64,000 nt of DNA, from the NCBI GenBank assembly GCA_963831295.1, contig CAWHPR010000004.1, positions 2,026 through 66,025 of the forward strand, written 5' to 3'. Shown in pieces: positions 56,377 through 64,000 of this stretch; positions within the stretch are counted from its first letter, which is position 1, and each line of letters begins with the position of its first letter. This stretch comes from an uncultured Thermoleophilia bacterium. GTDB taxonomy: Bacteria; Actinomycetota; Thermoleophilia; UBA2241. A program made the translations under genes and the position numbers. The notes below the pieces were generated by a model that did not search any database, was not told the DNA's origin, and worked only from the letters and a program-made list of their open reading frames with translations.

Positions 56377-57619
56377 GCACCGGCACGCCGCGCTTGAAGA
56401 CGCCGGTGACCACGTCTGATCGCCTGAAGCAGCCCAGATCGCCGGGGTCTTCGTCGATCAGCAGCGCATCGAAGTCGTAGCCCGGCGCGATCCGCCCCAG
56501 CCGATGGCCGACGCCGCAGAGCGAGGCGCCGTTGGCAGTGCCGGCCAGCAGCGCCTCTTCGACGGTCAGGCCGGCCCGATGCAGGTGGTGCAGTTCGACG
56601 AGGTTGCGGCCGTGCTGCTCGCGGTGGCCGAAGTCGCTGCCCAGAGCGACGAGCACGCCGGCCTCGCGCGCGAGCCTCACCGCCTCGCCCAGTCGCGGCG
56701 TGACCTCGCCCATGCGCCGCGACACGATGTCGCTGAGCTCGCCGGCCGCGGCGAGCTCAGCCAGCTCGTGGTAGATCGCCAGGGTGGGGACGAGGGCGCA
56801 CCCGTGTCGGGCCATGAGCCGGGCGTCGGCTTCGGTCAGGAAGATCGCGTGCTCGATGGAGCGCGCGCCGGCCTCCACGGCGACGCGTATCGACGGGCCG
56901 CCCAGAGCGTGCACCATGACGCCCTTGTCGCGCCGTGAGGCCTCGAAGACGGCTGTCGTGATCTCCTCAGCGGTCAGCTCAGACTCGAACGCCCCGTCGC
57001 CCGTCGCCATGACGCCACCGGTGGCCATGAGCTTGATCCAGTCCGCTCCCGCGCGCAGAAGGCGACGGACGGTCTTGCGCATCTCGTCCGGTCCGTCGGC
57101 GCGCAGCGGCGGTCGCCCCGGATAGTCGGGTACGGCGTAGTCGGTCGCGCACTCGAGGGCCGGGCCGGCGAGGTAGCCATCGCCGTGACCTCCGGTCGGG
57201 CCGAGTGCCTGCACCGAGACCTGCAGGTGCGGTCCGGGGACATAGGAGCGCGCGACGGCCTCGCGCACGCCGGCATCGATGCCCCCCGCATCGCGCACGA
57301 AGGTGACCCCGGCCTGAAGAGTGCGTCTCAGCGCTTGGGCGGTCTCCAGGGTGCGCAGCGACAGCGGCGTCCGCAGCAGTTCGAGGGCATCGAAGGAGGG
57401 AAGGCCCACGTGCGCGTGGCAGTCCGCGACGCCGGGCAGGAGCCACAGCCCGTCCGCGTCGATGTCGCGGTAGCCGGGCTGTGCGGGAAGAGCGCGGCCG
57501 AGCGCTACCACCACCCCGTCACGAGCGGCCACATCGAGCGGGTCGCTGAAGCTGCCTGCTTGATCGAGCACGCGCACGCCTCGCATGACGAGGGCGACGG
57601 GATCCTCGCTCCGGCTCAT
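56351..57619 (-). CDS. Amidohydrolase-family metallohydrolase
   Basis: Start is MSRSEDPVALVMRGVRVLD. Metal-binding motif LLPGVADCHAHVG. Later HALG..., and EHAIFL. Confidence 0.75.
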   Translation of the reverse strand: MSRSEDPVALVMRGVRVLDQAGSFSDPLDVAARDGVVVALGRALPAQPGYRDIDADGLWLLPGVADCHAHVGLPSFDALELLRTPLSLRTLETAQALRRTLQAGVTFVRDAGGIDAGVREAVARSYVPGPHLQVSVQALGPTGGHGDGYLAGPALECATDYAVPDYPGRPPLRADGPDEMRKTVRRLLRAGADWIKLMATGGVMATGDGAFESELTAEEITTAVFEASRRDKGVMVHALGGPSIRVAVEAGARSIEHAIFLTEADARLMARHGCALVPTLAIYHELAELAAAGELSDIVSRRMGEVTPRLGEAVRLAREAGVLVALGSDFGHREQHGRNLVELHHLHRAGLTVEEALLAGTANGASLCGVGHRLGRIAPGYDFDALLIDEDPGDLGCFRRSDVVTGVFKRGVPVLTHPRLST

Positions 57620-57838
57620 GTCTGCCCCGGTCGAGCCCGGCCACGACCGCACCCGGCGGTTCGCGTACGCGCACGCGGCGTGGGGCGGGGGTCCATGGCG
57701 GTGGACTCTCCTGCGGCAGGGATGAAGTAGACGTTCATGCAGGGGCACACTCTACTCCCCGGCTCCCCCGACGGGCAAAGGCGGCGGGGTAGGCGGACCA
57801 CGTCCACGCGCGGCACGCCACCTCCGCGAATTCACTCA

Positions 57839-58007
57839 CATGAATCTGATGCAGTACAACTACATGTATTGTTGTTGACACTGCATCCCCGCGATGGTAG
57901 ATATCTGTTGTTCCCTCTGCCATCCGATGTGGAGAGGGTGGAGAGGCCGATCAGGGGCCTCTCGCGGCAAGCCTGGGGGACAGGTGGTGACGTCACCCGA
58001 TCGCACA
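57839..58007 (+). promoter_or_regulatory. Copy 2 of the 169-nt dyad/promoter/leader module
   Basis: ttgaca at 57875-57880, tagata at 57898-57903. Hairpins at 57913-57938, 57941-57963 and 57981-57999. 82 nt of non-conserved sequence follow before the ATG at 58090. Confidence 0.6.
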
Positions 58008-58089
58008 AGGAGGTGAGGGCGGAGGATCTCGACGATCTTTGTATACGCTCCGAGGCCCACTGAGGGCATCCAACGCTGGGAGGCATTTC

Positions 58090-59184
58090 ATGCGAGAAGG
58101 CAAGATCGGGCGGGGGTTCGCCCTGGCGCTCGTCCTGGGTCTGGCGGCCATGCTGGCCGCCGCCGTCGGTTGTGGTGGTCGAGAGGAGACGGTAACACCG
58201 ACAGGGGACGCGACCGATGTGGTCAAGGTGACCAAGATCGCGGTCATCACGCCCGAGAAGGGGAACGACTTCGGCTGGAACCAGCAGGGCGTCGAAGGCG
58301 CGCAGGCGGCTGCGGCGTCGGTGGGCGCTGAGTGCATCGTCCAGGACGGTGCAGGCTACGGCGACATCACACCGATCCTGAACCAGCTGGCCGGCGAGGA
58401 GCCTCAGCTCATCTTCGCGTGGGCGAGCGGCTACAACACCGTCGGTCCGCAGATGGCGAATCAGCTGCAGATCCCGATCACGGCCAGCGACCCTGGTGAC
58501 GAGTCCGCCAACGTGCCTGGTCTCGTCCAGGCCGTCGAGACGAACGGCCAGAACGGCGGGTACCTCGCGGGTTTCCTCGCCGGCAAGATGAGCCAGACCG
58601 GCACCGTCGCCATCGTGGTGTCCGCTGAAGACCTGAACTGGTCCAAGGCCGCCGGCGGCTTCGTCGCCGGCGCACGCGCCGCGGCCCCTGACGTCAAAGT
58701 CCTCTACGTGCAGATCGGTCAGGCCGCCTACGCCGACGCGGCGGGTGGCAAGCGCGTCACCGCGAACGCCATCTCCGGCGGCGCGGACGTCGTCTTCGGT
58801 ATGGGCGACGGTTCGTCGTTCGGCATGATGCAGGCAGTCGAGACCGCGACGCCGCCGAGCGGCGCCGACAAGGTGTGGTTCATCGACGTGATCGGCGACA
58901 AGAGCCCGACGGACGACAAGGGCATCCTGCTCTCGTCGGTCCTTTGGGATTGGACTCCGTTCATGACGGAGGCCATCGCGCAGGTCGAGAACGGCACGTT
59001 CGGGACAGCCAGCTTCTATCTGGACCTCGACAACGGCATGGGCCTGTTGCAGACCGCTCACATCCCCGACGACGTCTGGGCCGAGATCGAGACGGCCAAG
59101 GCGGGCGTCATGGATGGCAGCATCGAGGTGCCGACGCTTTCGAGCAGCAAGGAAGTCAAGGCTCTCATTTCTTCTGGTGAGTGA
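58090..59184 (+). CDS. BMP-family (PnrA/Med-like, nucleoside-type) ABC substrate-binding lipoprotein
   Basis: ATG at 58090 follows gggagg. Lipobox LAAAVGC. KIAVITPEKGNDFGWNQQG.... Confidence 0.8.
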   Translation: MREGKIGRGFALALVLGLAAMLAAAVGCGGREETVTPTGDATDVVKVTKIAVITPEKGNDFGWNQQGVEGAQAAAASVGAECIVQDGAGYGDITPILNQLAGEEPQLIFAWASGYNTVGPQMANQLQIPITASDPGDESANVPGLVQAVETNGQNGGYLAGFLAGKMSQTGTVAIVVSAEDLNWSKAAGGFVAGARAAAPDVKVLYVQIGQAAYADAAGGKRVTANAISGGADVVFGMGDGSSFGMMQAVETATPPSGADKVWFIDVIGDKSPTDDKGILLSSVLWDWTPFMTEAIAQVENGTFGTASFYLDLDNGMGLLQTAHIPDDVWAEIETAKAGVMDGSIEVPTLSSSKEVKALISSGE

Positions 59185-60860
59185 CGATGGCTCCTGTCTC
59201 TCACGAGAGTGACGGGGCGGGCGGGCGCGGTCAGATGACCGCGCCCGCCCGCCCCGGCGACGCTGCGCCACCCGACACCGATGTCGCGCAGACGATCGCC
59301 ATCGAGCTCTGCGGCATCACGAAGGTGTTCCCCGGCGTGCGCGCCAACGACTGCGTCAACCTCCTGGTGCGGCAGGGCGAAGTGCACTGCCTACTCGGTG
59401 AGAACGGCGCCGGCAAGTCGACGTTGATGAACGTGCTGGCCGGCATCTACCTGCCGGAAGAAGGCAACATCCGCGTGTGCGGCCGGGAGGTCTGCATCAG
59501 CTGTCCGCGCGACTCGATCGATCTGGGCATCGGCATGGTGCACCAGCACAGCAGCCTGATCTCCACCTTCACCGTGCTCGAGAACCTCATGCTCGGCCAA
59601 GGCGAGGGTGTGCGACTCAGCGTCAAGAAGGCCCAGGAAGGACTCGCGAGGCTCTCGGCCACGCTCGGCGTGGATGTCGAGCCCGACATCGTGGTAGAGC
59701 AGCTCTCGCTCGGCCAGCAGCAGCAGGTGGAGATCATCAAGGCGCTCTGGCAGGGCTCGAAGGTCCTCATCCTCGACGAGCCGACCTCGATGCTGACTCC
59801 CAAGGGCATCGAGGACCTCGAGCGCGTCCTCGTGCGCCTCAAGCAGGAGGGGCTCGCCGTCATCTTCATCACCCACAAGCTGCCCGAGGCCTTCAGGATC
59901 GGCGATTGCGTCTCGGTCCTGCGTCAAGGTCGACTCGAGGGCACCATCGACCGTGAGGCGATGAGTGCCGCTTCGCAGGAGCAGATGCAGCGCATGGTCG
60001 TGGAACTGATGTTCCCCGGCGAGGCCGAGAGTCTGGCCAACGTCGCCGAGCTGCGCGATCTCGCGGAGCTGGGCGGTACGGGCCGGAAGGCGACGGCCGG
60101 AGAGCCGCTGCTCGAGCTTCAGGACATCAGCGTCACAGGCAAGCGCGGCGAGATCGGCATCGAGGGGGGCTTGACGCTCACCGTGCATGCCGGCGAGGTG
60201 GTCGGCATCGCCGGCGTGGACGGCAACGGTCAGCGACCGTTGGCCGAATCCATCGCCGGCCAGCGTCCGCTCGCCGCCGGCGACATCAAGCTCGGCGGCA
60301 CATCGATGCGGAGGCTGAGCATCGCCGCGCGCCAGCATCACGGTCTGCGCTACGTCACCGACGATCGTGTCAACGAGGGGATCGTCGGGTCGCTCAGCGT
60401 CGCCCTCAACATGGTCACCAAGCGTATCGGCATGCCGCCGTTCTGGGTGCGTGGCCGTACGCGAACGCCTGCGATCGACGACCACGCCACCGGACTGGTG
60501 AGCGAGTACAACATCATGACGCCGTCCATCCACACCCACGCGGGGTCGCTCTCGGGCGGCAACATCCAGAAGGTCGTGCTCGCGCGCGAACTGTCCTTCG
60601 ATCCCAAGATCGTGGTGTTCAACAAACCGACCTACGGGCTGGATGTCAAGACCGCCACCGCGGTCCGTACGCGCATCCGAGATCTGGCGGACACGGGCAC
60701 CGCCGGCGCCCTGGTCATCTCCACCGACCTCGAAGAGCTCCTTGTGCTCAGCGACCGCGTCGCGGTCCTTTCGCGCGGACGCCTCATGGGGATCGTCCAG
60801 AACAAGCCCGGGGCGGAGCAGGAGATCGGTGCACTGATGATCGGAGGGGAGCCAGATTGA
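59181..60860 (+). CDS. ABC transporter ATP-binding protein with duplicated ABC domains
   Basis: GENGAGKST, LSLGQQQQVEI, LILDEPTS. The second domain has LSGGNIQKVVLAR and FNKPTYGLD. Confidence 0.9.
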   Translation: MTMAPVSHESDGAGGRGQMTAPARPGDAAPPDTDVAQTIAIELCGITKVFPGVRANDCVNLLVRQGEVHCLLGENGAGKSTLMNVLAGIYLPEEGNIRVCGREVCISCPRDSIDLGIGMVHQHSSLISTFTVLENLMLGQGEGVRLSVKKAQEGLARLSATLGVDVEPDIVVEQLSLGQQQQVEIIKALWQGSKVLILDEPTSMLTPKGIEDLERVLVRLKQEGLAVIFITHKLPEAFRIGDCVSVLRQGRLEGTIDREAMSAASQEQMQRMVVELMFPGEAESLANVAELRDLAELGGTGRKATAGEPLLELQDISVTGKRGEIGIEGGLTLTVHAGEVVGIAGVDGNGQRPLAESIAGQRPLAAGDIKLGGTSMRRLSIAARQHHGLRYVTDDRVNEGIVGSLSVALNMVTKRIGMPPFWVRGRTRTPAIDDHATGLVSEYNIMTPSIHTHAGSLSGGNIQKVVLARELSFDPKIVVFNKPTYGLDVKTATAVRTRIRDLADTGTAGALVISTDLEELLVLSDRVAVLSRGRLMGIVQNKPGAEQEIGALMIGGEPD

Positions 60861-62002
60861 CTGATATCGCAAACGGAGCGGCCCCTGTCGCCGTTGCGCC
60901 CCGGCAAGCGTCGGTGTGGCGGCGCGGGGGAAAGGCGTTCTGGCGGGCAGCCGCGCCCGTGATCTACGCCCTCATCGCCGGCGGCGTGCTGCTGCTCGTC
61001 ATGGGCAAGAACCCGGCCGCCTTCTACTGGACCACCGTCGAGAGCGGACTGCTCACGTGGGGCGGCCTCATGCAGACGCTCATCCGCCTCGCCCCCCTGC
61101 TGCTCATGTCGGCGGGGTTCATCGTGGCCTTCCAGGCGGGGCTGTGGAACATCGGCGGCGACGGCCAGTTCCTGCTCGCCGCCGCCATGGTCGGCGGACT
61201 CGGCGCCTCGATGGTGGGTGCCATGCCCTTCTGGCTGGCGCTCATCCTGCTCTGCGTCATCGGCTTCGTCGTCGGCGGCGCGTGGACGGTCGTGCCCTCG
61301 TTCCTCAAGGCCTACTACGGCATGAACGAGATCATCACCACGCTGATGATGGCCTATCTCGGCATCAACATCGCCAACATGCTCATCAAGGGTCCGTTCC
61401 TCACCGACACCGCGTACGTGCCGCAGACCAACGTCATACCTTTCGAGTATCTGCTGCCGTACATCCCCGGTTCGCGCATTCACGTCGGCATCATCATCGC
61501 CCTGGTCGTGCTCGGCATCGTGCACTACACGCAGACCCAGACCGGGTACGGTCTCCGGCTGCGGATCCTGGGAGCCAATCCCAAGGCCGCGGTGCACGCG
61601 GGCATCAGCGTGAAGAGGGACATCATGACGTCGTTCGCCCTCAGCGGCGGCCTCATCGGTCTCGCCGCCGCCGTCGAAGTGCTCGGCGTGTGGGGCTACG
61701 TCCGCGCCGACTGGAACCCCGCGTTCGGTATGACGCTGTTCGCCATCGTGTTCCTGGCCGGGCTGAACGTCATGGTGGTCATCCCCTTCGTGTTCTTCTT
61801 CGCGGTCATCCAGATAGGCGGGCACGAGGCCGCCCGACAGGCAGGGCTGCCCAACGACTTCCTGCTGCTGCTCATCGGCCTGATCCTGTTCTTCATGGTG
61901 CTCACGGAGTGGGCCTCGGCGCGAGGCTGGCGCATCAAGGGTCGCAAGAAGAGCGTGGCGGCAGCCGAGGTCGACCCGAAAGTGGCGGTGAGCAATGAAT
62001 AG
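60857..62002 (+). CDS. ABC transporter permease (BPD_transp_2 type)
   Basis: Overlapping start. About 10 TM helices. Typical partner of BMP-type systems. Confidence 0.8.
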   Translation: MTDIANGAAPVAVAPRQASVWRRGGKAFWRAAAPVIYALIAGGVLLLVMGKNPAAFYWTTVESGLLTWGGLMQTLIRLAPLLLMSAGFIVAFQAGLWNIGGDGQFLLAAAMVGGLGASMVGAMPFWLALILLCVIGFVVGGAWTVVPSFLKAYYGMNEIITTLMMAYLGINIANMLIKGPFLTDTAYVPQTNVIPFEYLLPYIPGSRIHVGIIIALVVLGIVHYTQTQTGYGLRLRILGANPKAAVHAGISVKRDIMTSFALSGGLIGLAAAVEVLGVWGYVRADWNPAFGMTLFAIVFLAGLNVMVVIPFVFFFAVIQIGGHEAARQAGLPNDFLLLLIGLILFFMVLTEWASARGWRIKGRKKSVAAAEVDPKVAVSNE

Positions 62003-62930
62003 CATCCTGACCGCCGACTTCATCGCCGCCGTCATCACCGGCGCCATCCTCGCCAGCATGCCGCTCCTCCTGGCGGCGCTCGGTGAGACCATCTCGGAGC
62101 AGGGGGGCCTGCTCAACATCGGCCTCGAGGGCATGATGCTCCTCGGCGCCTACGCAGGCTTCGTCGTCACCTGGTGGTCGGGCTCGTACTGGGTCGGGTT
62201 CCTTGCGGCCATCGTCGCGGGCATGGCGGTCGCCATGCTCATGGTCATCTTCTGCGTGCGGATGGGGCGCGACCAGATCGTCGTGGGCATCGCCATCCTC
62301 CTCGCCATGGAGGGTCTCACCAGCCTGCTGCACGCGGCACAGTTCGGCGACAGCTACCCGCGTCTCGACGGCGTGCCGGCTGTCGCCATCCCCGGGCTCA
62401 GCAAGATCCCCGTGCTGGGACCGAGCATCTTCAGCCAGCCCCTGATCGTCTACATCGGCATCGCGCTGATCTTCGTGGTGGCTTGGCTCCTGTACCGGGC
62501 CAACATCGGCCTCAACATCCGGGCCGCGGGGTGGAAGCCGGTGGCGCTCGACAACGCCGGCGTGGACGTGCTCAAGATCCGCACGATCGCGGTGTTGTCG
62601 ACCGGCGCTCTGGCCGGCCTCGGCGGCGGGTACATGGCCATCGTCACCGCCGGCATCTTCGTGCCCTTCATGACCGGTGGCCTCGGGTTCATCGCCATCG
62701 TCATCGCCATGCTGGGTCGCGGTCGTCCGGTGTGGGTCCTTATCGGCTCTCTGCTCTTCGGCATCGCGCTGTCGATCGCGACGGCTCTGCAACTGGTCGG
62801 CATCAACATCTCCACCGACGTCGTCCAGATGCTGCCGTTCCTCAGCGTCATGCTCGCTCTCGTGCTGTTCGCGCGGCAGTCGTATCTGCCGTCGGCGCTG
62901 GCCATCCCGTTCGTTCGCGGCCAGCGATGA
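61995..62930 (+). CDS. ABC transporter permease (BPD_transp_2 type)
   Basis: 8-nt overlap with the upstream permease. Multi-TM. Confidence 0.8.
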   Translation: MNSILTADFIAAVITGAILASMPLLLAALGETISEQGGLLNIGLEGMMLLGAYAGFVVTWWSGSYWVGFLAAIVAGMAVAMLMVIFCVRMGRDQIVVGIAILLAMEGLTSLLHAAQFGDSYPRLDGVPAVAIPGLSKIPVLGPSIFSQPLIVYIGIALIFVVAWLLYRANIGLNIRAAGWKPVALDNAGVDVLKIRTIAVLSTGALAGLGGGYMAIVTAGIFVPFMTGGLGFIAIVIAMLGRGRPVWVLIGSLLFGIALSIATALQLVGINISTDVVQMLPFLSVMLALVLFARQSYLPSALAIPFVRGQR

Positions 62931-62975
62931 GCGCGACGAGTCGGTCCCTTCGAAGCAGAAGTGAGGTGTAGCGTG

Positions 62976-64000
62976 ATGCCACACTCGGTGGAGTTCATCA
63001 TGACGGCAGGGCCGGTCGAGCTCTCCGACAAGGTCCGCTCGGCCCTCGCCGACCCGCTCCAGTTCGACTACTCACCACAGTACATAGAGCTCTTCAGGGA
63101 CACTGAGGAGAAGTTCAAGACCTTCCTCAAGACGCGCAACGACATCGTGATGATGCAGGGGGAGGCGCTGCTGGGGCTGGAGGCCGTCTCGCTCTGCGGC
63201 CTCGACGAGGGCGACGTGGTCATCAACGTCGAGAGCGGCCACTACGGTGAGGGCAATCGCTACTTCGTCGAGAAGTACGGCGGCAAGGCGATCCCAGTGG
63301 AGACCGCGTGGAACACGGTGGTCGAGCCGGAGCAGCTCGAAGCTGTCCTGAAGGCGCACCCTGAGGCGAAGATCCTCTGGCTGGTCCATTGCGAGACGCC
63401 TTGCGGCACGCAGACCGATCTCGAGGCGCTGGCCAAGCTCGGCAAGCAGTACGGCAAGCTCGTCTTCGTCGATTCGGTGAGCTGCGCGGGGAGCGTCCCC
63501 GTCGAGGTCGACGCCTGGGGCATAGACATCCTCTCGGTGGGTTCCCAGAAGGTGCTGGGATCGCCGCCGGGGCTGAGTGCCATGTCGATCTCGGAGGCCG
63601 CTTGGGACGTGTTCCGCAACGTCAAGCGGCCCAACCGGTACTCGTACTTCAGCATCCTCGACTGGAAGGAGCTCTGGCTCGAGAAGGGGGTGTGGCCGTA
63701 CACGACCTCGACGACCGAGGTCGCGGCGCTCAACGCGGCGGTGAGCGAGTATCTCGACCTCGGCCACGAGGAGAACTTTCGGCGGTACGCCGAGGTGAGT
63801 CGCGCCACGCGTGCCGGCGTGAAGGCGATGGGTCTCGAGCTGTGGGCGGACAGGGAGGATCACGCCTGCAGCGTCGCCACCGCGGTCACCGTGCCCGAGG
63901 GCGTCGACGACGAGAAGCTGCGCGCGCGCATGATCGAGAAGTTCGGCGTGCTGATCTCCGGCAGCCTCTTCAACACACCGATCTACGGCAAGCTCGTGCG
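62976..64000 (+). CDS. Class-V aminotransferase (AGXT / serine-pyruvate / ureidoglycine-glyoxylate type); 3' end lies outside the window
   Basis: Not in the ORF track because there is no stop in the window; I translated it by hand. ATG at 62976 follows gaagtgagg. MPHSVEFIMTAGPVELSDKV...VHCETPCGT...SVGSQKVLGSPPGLS (PLP Lys). Confidence 0.75.
   Translation, partial: MPHSVEFIMTAGPVELSDKVRSALADPLQFDYSPQYIELFRDTEEKFKTFLKTRNDIVMMQGEALLGLEAVSLCGLDEGDVVINVESGHYGEGNRYFVEKYGGKAIPVETAWNTVVEPEQLEAVLKAHPEAKILWLVHCETPCGTQTDLEALAKLGKQYGKLVFVDSVSCAGSVPVEVDAWGIDILSVGSQKVLGSPPGLSAMSISEAAWDVFRNVKRPNRYSYFSILDWKELWLEKGVWPYTTSTTEVAALNAAVSEYLDLGHEENFRRYAEVSRATRAGVKAMGLELWADREDHACSVATAVTVPEGVDDEKLRARMIEKFGVLISGSLFNTPIYGKLV

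Overview
This is a 64-kb, roughly 70% GC chromosomal segment with strong GC3 codon bias. The gene content suggests a high-GC Gram-positive (Actinomycetota-like) anaerobe or facultative anaerobe; that is an inference from Rex, an AhbD-like radical-SAM heme enzyme, a corrinoid/MttB methyltransferase pair and CGGC/NifU/NifX-like proteins. I support about 55 protein-coding genes. I saw no rRNA, tRNA, CRISPR array, intact transposase, integrase or phage genes. Main blocks, left to right: (1) a tandem Lrp/AsnC regulator, an orphan peptide-type SBP and a C45 acyltransferase; (2) a four-gene ABC-2 exporter operon at 4.1-7.8 kb in which every gene carries a frameshift or in-frame stop; (3) a three-gene CGGC / NifU-like / NifX-like cassette bracketed by a ~235-bp direct repeat of the 3' end of a neighbouring HTH-GAF-HD-GYP-GGDEF gene; (4) an NMO-like enzyme, an RpoD-family sigma factor and an MMPL transporter; (5) a corrinoid protein with a truncated mttB remnant, an IS1595-type zinc-ribbon::TetR fusion regulator and an intact non-Pyl MttB-family methyltransferase; (6) a two-component system divergent from an ABC-2 exporter; (7) pepE and a DUF1611 gene; (8) an orphan pilin-like gene, a secreted repeat protein with a Gly-rich tail, a PocR-GAF-PAS-HD-GYP protein and a PAS-GGDEF protein; (9) a CoA-binding protein, an Rrf2 regulator and cysK; (10) a MoaE-like gene, an amidase and a cell-wall amidase with three 315-bp tandem repeats; (11) yggT, an MFS transporter and a DUF4388 protein; (12) hemB, an AhbD-like gene, two GNAT genes, hemL and rex; (13) two ABC uptake operons (peptide type and BMP/nucleoside type), each ending in a class-V PLP enzyme. 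Each of those two operons is preceded by a gapless, 89%-identical 169-nt copy of an AT-rich promoter/dyad plus a hairpin-forming leader. That module is my best candidate for an undescribed cis-regulatory element or regulon. All functional calls come from reading motifs in the translated ORFs; no database search was run.
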